From the human T2T-CHM13v2.0 reference genome, Homo sapiens: a stretch of DNA of 64,000 nucleotides. The notes beneath the pieces were generated by a model. It had not been told where the DNA came from. It was given only the letters and a program-made list of their open reading frames with translations, and made no database searches. The first letter of the stretch is position 1; each line of letters begins with the position of its first letter. Positions 31,631 to 44,168 of this stretch are shown piece by piece. The position numbers were made by a program, and so were the translations under genes. Where the stretch lies: the NCBI RefSeq assembly GCF_009914755.1, contig NC_060927.1; one strand, written 5' to 3'.

Positions 31631-31999
31631 GTGGGTAAAAGTGGAAGAAATGGGGGATGAGCAAAGGAGAAGCCTTTAATGAAGGAAAAGAACCAGAGGA
31701 GAACGTTGTCTTAGAAGCCAGCTATGTTGAACGTTGCTCATAGATCTAGTTGAGGAAGATTTAGGATGGTGTAGCATGGTGAAGACAAAAGCCTGATTGG
31801 AAAGTGTTCAAAGGAGAAAAAAGGGGAGAGAGAAATTGTAGACAGCAAGTCTGGACAAGTCTTTCAAGGAGTTTTGTGGTTGTCTAGGAGAGTGTGGGAG
31901 TAAACAGACAGGGAAAATGTAGAGAGGGCCAGGCAGTGCCGAGGGCGCTCTTGAGGTTAGTGGTCATGAATTTAAATGAGACCAGTTAGTGTGATCATA

Positions 32000-32707
32000 C
32001 AGTCATTCCCCCTTATCCACCGAGGCACATTCCACCACCCCCAGTGGATGCCTGATACCATGGATAGTACTGAACGCAATTGCCATCAACTGAAACATGT
32101 TTCTGTCCATGTCTTCAACCCATAAATTTAATGCCTTTCCATCTTAACTAAGAACTTATACACTGTGCTGTAACTTCTGCAGTTCGAAGCATGACAGTGA
32201 AACTAGCACAAATTTATTTTTCCTTTTTCACAATTTCACAGATAAAAGATTTGGTTTTATTGTAGGTCATAGCAACCTCAGCATTCATTTTTTTTCTTTC
32301 CTTATTAAGTCAAGAACTTTTACCTTTTCACTTAAAGGAAGCACTTTACAGCTTCTCTTTGGCATATCCGAATTACCAGCATCACTACTCTTTCATTTGG
32401 GGCCGTTATTAGGTAAAATGAGGGTCACTTGGACACAGCACTGTGATACTGCGACAGTTCATCTGATCACCAAGCCAGCTACTAAGTGACTCACAGGCAG
32501 GGACTGGAGACAGTGTGGATGCACTGGACAAAGAGATGATTCGGTCCTGCATGGGACAGAGCAGGATGGTGTGAGATTTCATCACGCTATTTAGAATGGC
32601 ACTCAATTTAAATTTTATAAATTGTTTATTTCTGGAATTTTCCATTTAATGTTTTTGGAACTTTGTTGACTGTGGGTAACTGAAATGGCAGATAAGGGGA
32701 GACACTG
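32000..32707. mobile_element. MER44 (Tigger7 derivative), long form
   Basis: TIRs cagtcattcccccttatc / gataaggggagacactg flanked by TA. Confidence 0.85.
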
Positions 32708-33190
32708 TATATTTTTCTCCAGCCACATATGTCAGCTGAGAGCAGGCACAGAGTAGCAAACAGCTGAATTTATCCACAGGTGGGATTTAACCAAGTGAAT
32801 ATGAAGTGAGGGGGCAAGTGAGAATAATTGATTGAGTTAAGGGTTGCAATGATAGGTAAGGGAATCTAAGACACAGAGAGAGAGGAGAGGACACCCTGAG
32901 AGTACAGAATGGTGAAAAGTGGACAGTATATGGGGTATAAGGCCTAGTGCAATGGAAGAATTATTGGATTAAGAATAGTTGGAAAGAATGAACTGGAATG
33001 ACAATGCAAGATTGTTGGAGAAGGGGAGGCTTGAAGATGAAATTATGGAGGGCATGAAGTTGTTGGTAATGGCAAAATAGGATATGGCCATGGGAGCAGG
33101 TATAATTGAGATGGAATGGAAAAAGACGGAATTTACAGGCCAAAATTTTGCAGGGACCATCTAACAGACATGGAAATTTCCAGGATTTAT

Positions 33191-33270
33191 ATAGGTTGGT
33201 GCAAAAGTAGATGCGGTTTTTGCCATTACTTCCAATGGCAAAAACCGCAACTACTTTTGCACCAACCTAG
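33191..33270. mobile_element. MADE1 (Hsmar1 MITE), 80-bp palindrome
   Basis: taggttggtgcaaaagtagatgcggtttttgccatt-acttcc-aatggcaaaaaccgcaactacttttgcaccaaccta. Confidence 0.96.
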
Positions 33271-34326
33271 TAACAGAACTAACACTGGAAAATGACTCTT
33301 CAAGACATGAGGCAGAGTAATCTGGGGAGGAATAGGTGGCTGCAACGGGGAGGGCTAACTGGTGTTGGTATCAGCAGTCTGCAGGTAGGAGATTCAGAGC
33401 AGGGTGTTAGGAAGGACAGACAATTAATTGTTTGCAAGCAAGAGAGTAGCAAGGAAGACACCTACTCATCCAACAGGCTGTTTGGCAAGAGGGAGGTGGG
33501 AGAGAAAACAGCCACCTCTTGAGAGCCATAGGAGAAGGCAGTGCCTTCAGGCTCTGTTAGAGCAAGACAGTGAAAGGAACGCTTATGAGAGAGGGCCCAC
33601 CGAAAGGACTTATGATGGACTTGGGGAGGAATAGGAGTTGGCCAGAGAGGGTTGGACAGAGCCATATGGAAAGGAGAGTGAATAAGGAGGTGAATGAGGG
33701 ATGACCTGGAGTTGAGGAGTATAAATTGGAGTAAGAAGTACCTTGAGGTGAAGCTTGATGGGGTCTCCAAGACAGACAGTAGACGTAAAGGTGCTAGTGT
33801 GGGAGGCAAGAGAAGAGTTCATACTTAGAGCAAGATCTCTGGATCTTTGGACTGACAGCAATGGGCGGTAGGTGGTCTTATGAAGAGGATGAGGGTCATG
33901 AAGGAAACCTCCTCGAAAATTACAGAATACCCCTCAGGTGTCCTACAGTTCCTGCATCTCTTAACCTGCTTTTTCTAAACTTGAAGCAGTTATGCTTAAA
34001 CTCATCAACGACCTCAGTTAGATTCCTCTTCTGTAGTGTGGAGTTAATCCTATGGTAGAGCTCAGTGTTGGAGCAAGGACAAATGATGACAATGTCAGGG
34101 CCAGCGTGGGTCCCAGCAGTGGTGCTTGGTAGAGGTCAGTTTCCTCCTCTCCTCCCTCAGCTCCCTCTTGAATTTCCCCTCCTATGAAGGGAAGTTGTCT
34201 TTCCATTGGTATTTGCATGCCAAAAGTCGAAGATGCCTTTTCCTTCCCAGACTGAAAACCTATGTAATTCTCGACATAAATGACTGTATGTCTGGTTTCT
34301 CTCTACTTCCATCTGCCCACCTTTGA

Positions 34327-34465
34327 CAGGCTTCATGGGTATGTGACCTCCGTAGGCTTTGAAAGGCCCTGCTCTTGGTTTAATGTTCTGCTGTTACCAC
34401 CCTAAAATTCTTAATGTTTTAACAATGGTTCCCCATTTTCATTTTGCACAGAGCCCTGCAAAGTG
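34327..34465. mobile_element. MER91A-like (hAT-Tip100)
   Basis: gcttcatgggtatgtgacct...ttggtttaatgttctgctgt...aaattcttaat...cattttcattttgcac. Confidence 0.75.
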
Positions 34466-36186
34466 CCCATTCTAAACCCTAAAAACTAAGTAACTGGTGA
34501 AACATGACCACGGGACAGTCAGGTAATTTGATTTATCATCCCATTAATGTGTCAGCATTTCAGGATGAAGGGTATTTTGAAAGTAATGGAAAACACCTTA
34601 ACCATATCCTTTGTAAACAAGAACGTAATTGAGTACATCTAAACCCCTATGAACGCCCAACCTTTAATCTTATTTTTTCAGCATGAAAAAACATCATCTC
34701 TTTCAGAAAGATTCTTCATTTATTGTCATTAACCCTCATATTAATAAATTGAAAATCTGAAAGTTATTCTTAACTTCAAGTGAAGCTTGACTGAATTATT
34801 ATTATTCATGCCAAACAGAGCATTGAATTCTTTCTTTAGAGCATTTCTTACCTGGATGTAGAAGTGCTCTTGTTAATTTTACAGCAGACATCTGTTTCCT
34901 CCAATGTGTATGTCCAAGAGGTGTAGCCTTGAGATGAGGAAAGAAATAACATGGGCAGGGCAGGCATGCATACCAGACTGGATCGTCATTTGTCATTTAT
35001 CTGGACAGAAGGCATACTGGCCTCATTCCACTCACCAGCTGGGAAGAACAAACTCCCTACACAGATATAGCCATCAAACTTAGATTATGGTGACTAATGC
35101 TAAATGAAGAGTCCACACGGGCTTTCTAGGTTCAGCAGGGCCAGACCTGTACTCTATGTACTCTTGACCCAGATTCAGAATTAATTTATCACCTTGACAG
35201 GCAACCAAGTGCCTGGAGTACTGAAACTTTAGTAGTTATTTAATGTGGGAATCACAGTAATGATGCTGTAATATAAAACAGCAAATATTTCCTAGAGGGA
35301 CAGCATTTGGATTGGAGAGAGACTCACACCACATCCACAATTTCTTCTTCAAACATTAGAATACTTTTTGGAAAGCGACAGCCTAAATTGTAGGTTGTTT
35401 CTTGGTTTTAACTGTCATTTGTATTTGTTTGTTTTCCTCTAAGAAAACAAATATGCTCTTTTTTTCTTTTCTTTTTAATTTACTTTTTTTCTCTCACCTA
35501 AACCCCCATAGTAGACAGGCAAATTTAAAAGTATGTCTTTCAAAAACCCAGTTTGTCTTCCTACTGGCCATTTTGCCTTCTATTCTCTGATTAGAAAACT
35601 AATTGTGATACTTTATTATTCTTTAGATATAAGAATTCTGACTTTTTACACTTATCAATAGACTTTTTTGAAGTGTACAAGTTGGCAATATTAAGTTATT
35701 TGTTTTGCTGGGCTATTTCTGGAACTAAAGATTTATCACATAAGGTGACAAATTGAGAAAAGGAAAAAAACTAGGCTTTTTTTTCTTCTTAACTAATTTT
35801 TATTAAATTGGGGGCATCTAGTTACTGCAGTTGAGTAAGTGTTAGCCTTACCTGGGAAGCTGTAAATGATTATTTTGCCCTCAAGTGCAGCTGGCAGAGT
35901 CATCCATGTCCCTGAGGCACATCTGCAGAGTGAGTGGGCCCCTTTGAGCCTGCCCAAGCCACAGCTCACAGTGAGGAGGGAAGTGTAGCCCAAAGGTCTT
36001 GCCAGGCTTAGCTCACAAGGTGGCAGTCACTTAGCATCCAGGAAAGCTTCATTCATTGTCTTGAGGTGAGCAAGTGGCCACTTGACCAGCTTTCCCACAG
36101 GTAGTCAATAGAACTAATGACAGCTGGTCACAGGCACACTCCTGCCCTCGATCCCAAGGCCCTAAAGTGAGAGAACTTCTCGAGAA

Positions 36187-36730
36187 TTTCATTCATTCCA
36201 ATATTTTTTGGACACCTACTATATGCCTGGCACTGTGCCAGATGCTAGATGGGCAATGGTTGACGTGATACATATGGCCCTTGCTCTCTCACGGAGCATA
36301 CAATCTAGTGGAGCAAATCAACGTTACAAATCCCACAAATTAGAGGGAAAAAAAAACAGTATGCTAAGTGAATTTAAAGCAGGACCTTATTTAGACAGGG
36401 GGCTAAGGAAAAACCTCCAACTTTAAGCAAGAGAGGTGACTCAGGTGAAGGCAGAGGGCTTACAGGTTGAGAAACAGCTTGTGTGAGGGCCCTGAGACAG
36501 TTGCAGGCACGAGCTTGGCTTTTCCAGAAAACTCAAAGGCCACCAGTGTGCCTAGAGCTGTGTGAGCAAGATTTTGAGAGGTGCAAAGAAGTCAGGAGGG
36601 TAGATCAGGGCCAATAACATAATGCTGGATAACAGCATTAGAGATTTAGGATTTTATCCTAAATGTTGTGGAAAACCGAGGAGTTTGAAACCAAGATGTG
36701 ACAAAATCTGATTATGTTTTTAGAAGTATT
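36187..36730 (-). mobile_element. L2 3' end
   Basis: ttcattcattccaatatttt...cacctactatatgcctggcactgtgccagatgct. Confidence 0.8.
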
Positions 36731-38117
36731 TTTAATTCACAAAGGGTAAGGTTTAATGGAGGGCAAGCCCTTAATTTTTTGTATCACTTTGGGAACTAAA
36801 TCAAGGAGCATGAAACCATCAAAATGATCGAATCAGGGGCAGCCGGGTGAGTGAGTGGGGCTAAATTTGTGCCATCTGAAATTAGGGTCAAAGTTCTGAT
36901 GGCTTCAGTTGTAGTGACAGTTCTGCTGCAGAAATCCCGTCTGTCCTTTGGAAAATAAATTTGATTTTAAAAACCTCAAAACATAGCCCAAGTAGCTTAA
37001 ACCATCAGTACAAGTTTCCACTGACATCTGCCATGCAAATTTGTACTTCTTCAGCCAGTTGCTCTTCCTCACAGTTAACGCTGGAAATCAGAGGCCATGA
37101 GAAGAAAGCAAGTGTGGATATTTGGGCATGGTAGATGGTGTTCATTTTCCTAGATTTTAAAAATTTGATTGAAAGTCAAGAGTGAAAACAAACCAACCCT
37201 AAAGTCCCTTAGCATCATCTCAGATAAGGGGAGAAGAGAGATGTTGGAATGAGGTAGGTAGGTTTATCTAAGATGCTGAAACTCAGAAGGACTGCTCATT
37301 TCTATCTTGACCTTCTTAGTAAATAATAAAAAAGCCCCAGCACTTTCAACAAGTGAACACTTTGTGGGCCCAACTTATGTGTCTGAAAGAGACTCTCTTT
37401 GCTATTCACCAGGGAAAACTGGTTTAAATTGGAGGGTTTTAGAAGAGTTGGGATTAATGTGCAGATTGATTTTACTGCGTATGAATCTTCTGTGACTGAT
37501 GGTTTAACCCTTCTCATTGAGAATGAGTTTACCTGGTGTCATGTGTTGGGAGTAGCATAATTTCCTGATCAGTACCTTTATAATTCTGAAATAATTTACT
37601 TCTAAAAGATGAGAAACTTTCTTAATTCAATAGCTTTAGGACAAAGCAAGTTAAGTAACTCAAATGTTTTTGTGACATTTTTCTTTTACTTCAGAAAACT
37701 TTTTAGAATAGTGTTTCTTCTACTATTCAGATGACTAAAATAATTTGAATATTTCTTCTGAGAGAATGAAAATGAGAAAGGATGTACGAACAGTCCATGT
37801 CGCTGCTTAACTCGCCCTAGAAAAGCTGGTCAGAGAACAGACCTAAGGAAACTCTTTAGTACGAAATTTCATTATAACTAATAGCAATAGCATTTCAGCA
37901 CTACCTCTGTATTTAAAAAAGAAAAAAGATTTAGGGACCCTTGACAAATTTAATAGCTCCTTAGAGATGATGTTAACAGTTTAGTCATAAATTTTATGTT
38001 TCTGTCCTGTGTTCAGTGACATACCAGGAAAACACATTTTCAGAAAAGGTATGCTATGTAAATTCTTTTCATTACTATTTTACGTTATCCTACAAAATAA
38101 TTTTTTTGAAAATAGAA

Positions 38118-38400
<283 letters not shown>

Positions 38401-38934
38401 GAAAATAGAAACGCTGGAAATATTTTTTTAAATAGTAACTCTGATTTTCATAGTAAATTCAATTTTCATAATGAACTCATGATCTAGTGTGTTTAGTTTT
38501 TGAAATGTCCATGATCAATGTAAAAAGAAAAAACAAACTCATCACCTTTACTCTCATTAAATTTCTATAAGGAAGACCTTCAATTGAAATCTAATTTTTT
38601 TTTGTTGACTCACCCAATGCTATATATAATATATTATTGTTATATTGTATTGCTGATGTGGAAAACTCATGATATAAAATGAAATTGATATAAAAAGACA
38701 GCCATCTGACAGCCTGAAAGTGGGCGGCAGGGGCAGTTTATAACTCAATTCATATTGTAGATTAGGAAATAGAGGCTGACAGCTATGAAGCAGTAGCCCA
38801 AGGAAACACACCTAATAAGAAGTGCAGTCAAGTCCAGAACCAGGTCTTTGATTTGATCCAAAATTTTATCAACTCTAGAACCATCAAAGATGGCCTAGAT
38901 TGCAACTTTGGATGAATTAGCATTAGTGTAACCT

Positions 38935-39066
38935 TTATATATATATATACGTATATATATACATATATACGTATATATATACGTATATATACGTATATAT
39001 ATACGTATATATACGTATATATATACGTATATATATGTATATATACACACACATACACATACATAC
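38935..39066. repeat. Compound (TA)n/ACGT/(CA)n microsatellite
   Basis: Repeated tatatatacg units (7 ACGT cores) grading into cacacacatacacatac. Confidence 0.95.
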
Positions 39067-39197
39067 CAATGTAGCTGAAGATTTATGTATTTATATTACA
39101 GTTATTAAAGGTATTATTGAAATGTTAATGAGAAAATGTATCGTACTTTTGACATTTTTTTTTCATAATACTATCCCAAACAGATTAAAAAACACAA

Positions 39198-39217
39198 TAG
39201 TCCACTAGAGGGCACCT
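39198..39217 (+). promoter_or_regulatory. Candidate CTCF site
   Basis: CCACTAGAGGGCAC at 39202-39215 fits the core CCACYAGRGGGCRC; not inside an obvious repeat. Confidence 0.65.
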
Positions 39218-40559
39218 TTCTTCAACATCACGGTCTGTTCTCTTCCCCAGTACTCTATTAACCTGGTTTTAATCAGCCACTATCGCCTCGGAGCATTGAA
39301 AAGCTTTTTTATTGTCAGAGATTCCATGTACTGCTTTAGCAAAATGCATTTGTATTGGTAGGCAAGGCTATCTGTGCTGCTAAGATACCTGGAATGATAA
39401 AGGGGAAGCATGACCCTTATTCCCCTACACACATACACGCATGCACACAAACTTTGTGTTAGTTTGAGCTTAGCCCTTCTTGACATGACAACCCAACTTA
39501 TTTTTATTTGGAAAGTCTTGCCTTAGCCCTGGCAAATTTATACTACTTTTCACTTTTTCTGCCACTGCGTTCTCTGACTCCAAATGCTGGAAAACAGAGA
39601 GTAAAAGAGATGGTCTTTAAATGTTGACATAAATTGGGGACGAAACGATGTAGACTTCACCCAGATTTACCTATCCGTCAGTTGCTGTTTTTCTACAGCA
39701 TGTGAATTTCAGTTACTGTTGGGCATAAAATACTATGGGAAAAATAATAGGATTGTGTCCAATAAACAAGTACTCTGGCAGATTCTATTGAAATATAAAA
39801 CCATCTCATTATTCTAGAGGCAAAGGGAGGCTGCCTGCTATAGCATTGCCTAATGTATTACATTTCAAACTGTGTCTGTAGAAACCCAGGGTTGCTGGAG
39901 ATATTTTTAGAGATTAATTTGTACCTATTATATGAGCGGCTAAACATCTCATCCCCAAGCCCCCCAAAAAAAATCAAACTGGAAATTAAAGAGTTGTGAA
40001 ATGTGAAAATAATTCAGAATACAACTACAAATGAGATAGTCTATGGGACTTTGGAGAAAAGTCCTGTAAAGCTGTGGTAAGAAGAATATAACGTTTCAGC
40101 CCAAACTGTAATGATTTAATTCCCTCATAATCTGTGCAAAGTATTTCTCTCAACCCAATTTTTCGACGTCAGCATATTTAATTTATCCTGCCAGGTGAAG
40201 TAGTCTTTCACAGTCCTCAAAATCAACGAACTTATAAATATGTGTCATTGACCATGAAGGTGGTAGCTCTGTACTGGCCTTTCTAAAAAATTCATGCCTG
40301 TGCATGCCCAAGCAATAAAATTACGCAAGTTGCCCAGAGGCCCAGCTTGGTTCAGTGCCAGGTTAGGATCAGGCACATCTGTTTGGCACAGTCTCTCATC
40401 AAGCCTAACAGTCGGTTGTGCAATGACAAGCAAACACCCAATATATCAAATGAGAAGGTACTGTTATAGATTAATGACCTATTGTAAGTTTGGGTACTCT
40501 GTCTTATCTTGTTTATAATCAGAAATATGAGTAATTGCTATATATTGTTAGTAAACCAA

Positions 40560-40860
40560 TTTTGAATAAGTTTCTTGCTACTTTGCTTTTAAGATTCTGG
40601 ACATGTTTAATGAAGAATACGCAGAGATTGCAACATAATCCATTAAAAGAACCATTACCATTTACAACTACTTACTTGTGTGAAACAGGATTCTTTCGAT
40701 GTGGCACAACCAAACAAAATCTTATTCCAGATGTAGCTTTACATTTAGTTCTATGTAAAGCTATATCTGGAATAAGATTATAACTGACATCTATAAATTC
40801 TGCTTTCTCTTTTTTTGTATCACAAACAGCATCATGTTCTCATTGAGAGACACATGAATA
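40560..40860 (+). mobile_element. Charlie/Buster-type hAT transposase 3' remnant
   Basis: ORF 40535-40783 contains FW...LPFTTTYLCETGF...TK, the hAT C-terminal dimerisation motif. Confidence 0.75.
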
Positions 40861-41948
40861 TAGATTTGAACTCAGAATAATTTTATCCTGATAGAAACAT
40901 TTGATTGTTTTGCATGTTGGTTTTCATATTGATTTTCATTTTAAAAGCAAATTCTAGTATTTAAGAAAATAGAAGAAAAAGTGACAACCAATTAGTGATT
41001 CACACTAATAATTTTCTCAGGAAACTATTTTTTTCATATAATGTGAAATAATAAACATAAGCATAACCAAGGTCAGAATAGTCCAAACTTCTGAGTAAAT
41101 TAATTTACATAGGTTATAAGACTCTCAGGTAAATTTCTTATTTATAATTATAAGGCTAAAAAATTATAACCTGTCTCATTTTTATTCTTCCCTTACTTTC
41201 TATTTTTGGGCCTCAGAGTATTGTTGGAAGTGGAGAAGTATCCTGACACCAGCTGTCCTCTTCTGGGGCTCTGTTCCACATCTATAGTGTGGGAAATGAC
41301 CTTGACGCAATAGTAGCCTGCAAGTACACTACCAGACATTCTATCCCAGAAGTCACAGGCCAAATTAAGATGTTCAGATCACACAGTTCTTTACCTCTAT
41401 TTAAAATGCAAGGCAAGAAGCAAGGGAAAGAGATGGGATGAGCTGACTACTTAGGATATGGCACAGGAGTATGGCAGGACCTTGAGTTACACAATATTTA
41501 TATGTCCAGCCTCTCTGCCACAACAGCCTTTCCTGTTGAGGATATGGTTATGAACCACAGTTGAGGTTTGAGAAAGGATTCCTGTTCCACTTAGACACAA
41601 GGTATCTGCCAGTGACACACAACTTGCTTTGTAAGAGACAGAGCCAATTCCCTCTGGCTTCCTCTGTAGCTTGCCTCTTAGCCTGATGAGAAGCTGGGGA
41701 TTGCATTTACATTTCTTGGGCAGAGGACACATTGGACCAGAATGGGTGTCATCAATGGGAAATCAACATAAAATCTAATGAATGAGGGCCTCATGTGGCT
41801 CAGATGATTTAGTGTGTCATGAATATTAGGCGGTTCTTTAGTCTTTTCATCCCTTTCTATGCTTGGCACCTACACACTTGATCTAGGCTTAACAAATCTG
41901 CTACTAACTTACTTATTGATATTTAACACATCTCATGAATTCTGACTA

Positions 41949-42476
41949 CAGTAGTCTCCCCCTTGGCCTGCCAGGGATACTTTCCAGGACCCTCGGAGGA
42001 TGCCTGAAACCGTGGATAGTCCCAAACCCAATATATTATGGTTTTTTCCTATACATACCTATTATAAAGTTTAATTTATAAATTAGGTACAGTAAGAGAT
42101 TCACAATAACTAATCATAAAATAGAATAATTATAACAATATGCCAGCATCATGGCTCTTGCATTTTGAGGTCGTTATTAAGTAAAGTAAGGGTTACTTGA
42201 ATACAAGCATTATGATACCAAGACAGTCAAACTGATACTGAGCCAGCTACTTAGTGACTCCTGGGTGTAGAGTGTCCACAGTGTGGATATGCTGGACAAA
42301 GAGAGGATTCACATCCTGGGTAGGATGGCACGAGGGTTCATCAGAAGAATGGCACAGAATTTAAAACTTATGAATTGTTTATTTCTGGAATTTTCCATTT
42401 AATAGTTTCAAACCATGGTTGACTACAGGTAACTAAAACCTTGAAAAGCGAAACCATAGATAAGGGGGAATGATTG
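41949..42476. mobile_element. MER44B-like (Tigger7)
   Basis: TIRs cagtagtctccccctt / gataagggggaatgattg; ggatgcctgaaaccgtggatagt. Confidence 0.85.
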
Positions 42477-43365
42477 TATGTCTGTTTACTTACTCATTAT
42501 CTAAATGTAACACATACATTTCACCTGTGTCTTATAAGCTACTACATAGTCATTATCTATACTTAACACACGTTTATGAGTTTCATCCATCTTCTTTTTC
42601 TTGTTCATCTGTAGCAGAATTGACTGTTGTCAAATAATACAACAAAGCCCCTACAAAATCTCTTGGAAAGAGATTTCTTACTGGTGCAGCCTCTGATTCC
42701 ACATCCTTGCCCTAGGGGTTTTAACCTGCAGCAGCTCCAACCAAGCAGCTTTAGGGACCAGATCAAGGCCACCCAGCCATCTGTGCTCCTGTATCTTCCC
42801 CTATCGCCACCACAACTTCCTCTTTACTCGACATTAATTTGTAACTTTACTCACCATATCTTCAGTCCCAAGACTGAATGAATGCCTGCCAGACACTCCT
42901 GACCCAGTTCTTCTAGCACCTGGCCCTTATTTTCTATTCACCATCATCAGTTTCTCCCTTTGCTGGCTCCTTTCCTGCTGCCCACCTAGACATTTGGGTC
43001 TCCCACATCTTAAACATCAGCTACATTGGCAACCTCTCCAAGCTACCAGCCTAATGCTCTGATTTATTAACAAGCTTGTTCACAAACTCTCAACTCAGAC
43101 CCTCAACTTCTTAGCCACAACCACCCAGCTTCCACCCCTAACACACGACTACTGAAATTATTCCCTTGGCATAACTCGTGACTTCCTAATAGTCCAAATT
43201 AATGGCTTCTGGTTGTTTTTCTCCTCCGCGTCCCTGCAGTATTTGAAGAAACTAGGCTCTGTCAGCGTTCCCTCTCTTCTTGTCACTTCTCACTGTGTTA
43301 GTTTTCATTCTCTTCTCACTTTGTTGACTATGTCTCCTTTGCATCCCCTTGCTCTCTAAATGTGG

Positions 43366-43684
43366 GCTTCCTACCCTTATCTGCAGTCTCATTTTCCTTA
43401 GTTTCAGTTACCATCGGTCAACTGTGGTGTGAAAATATTAAGCTATTTTGAGAGAGAGACCACATTCACATGACTGTTACTACAGTATATTGTTATAATT
43501 GTTCTATTTTATTACCTGTTATTGTTGTTAATCTCTTACTGTGCCTAAGTTATAAATTAAACTTTATCACAGATATGTACGTATGGGAAAAACATGGTAT
43601 GTATAAGGTTCAGTACTATCTTCAGTTTCAGGCATCCGCTAGGGGTCTTGGAATGTATACCACATGGATAAGGAGGGACTACTG
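43366..43684. mobile_element. MER44A (Tigger7)
   Basis: tttcagttaccatcggtcaactgtgg...gagagagaccacattcacat...ggataaggagggactactg. Confidence 0.85.
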
Positions 43685-44168
43685 AGTTAGTTTTCTATTT
43701 CTGCTATAACAAAGTCTTCCAAATTTAGTGGCTTAAATCAACACAAATTTATTGGTATTATAATATCAAAAGTTGGAAGTCCTAAATGGGTCTCACTGGA
43801 CTAAAATCAAGGTGTCCACTGAGCTGCATTCTTTCTGGAGGCTCTAGAGAAATATCAGTTTCCTTGCCTTTTCCATCTTCTAGGGACAGCCCACCTTCCT
43901 TGGCTTGTGGCCTCTTCTTCCATCTTCAAAGCCAACAACAACATTGGACCAAGCCTTTCTCATACTGCCGTCTCTGGTTCTTTCTCTTATGCCTCCCCGA
44001 CTTTTACTTTATAAGACCCTTGTGATTATTACATTGAGCTCATCTGGATAACCAGGCTACTTTCCCCATCTCAAAGACAGCTGCTTATCATAATTTTACC
44101 TTGCCGCTTGGGGATTAGGTTGTAGACAGTTGACCCAGGAGACAGGGGACATTATTGTGCCTTCCACA
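43685..44168 (-). mobile_element. MLT1C/D-like MaLR LTR
   Basis: ttagttttctatttctgctataacaaa...gtggcttaaatcaacacaaattt...cattattgtgccttccaca. Confidence 0.78.

Larger units (their letters stand above)
31100..33910 (-). mobile_element. Long degenerate L2 carrying nested MER3, MER44 and MADE1
   Basis: gtggaaatgagcagtaggtggttggata...gtctggagttcagaagaaggtctaggctagag; purine-rich L2 ORF2 remnant to ~33900. Confidence 0.7.

Noticed and set aside
38828-39064. Y/I/V-repeat ORF
   Set aside because: Translation of the TA microsatellite.
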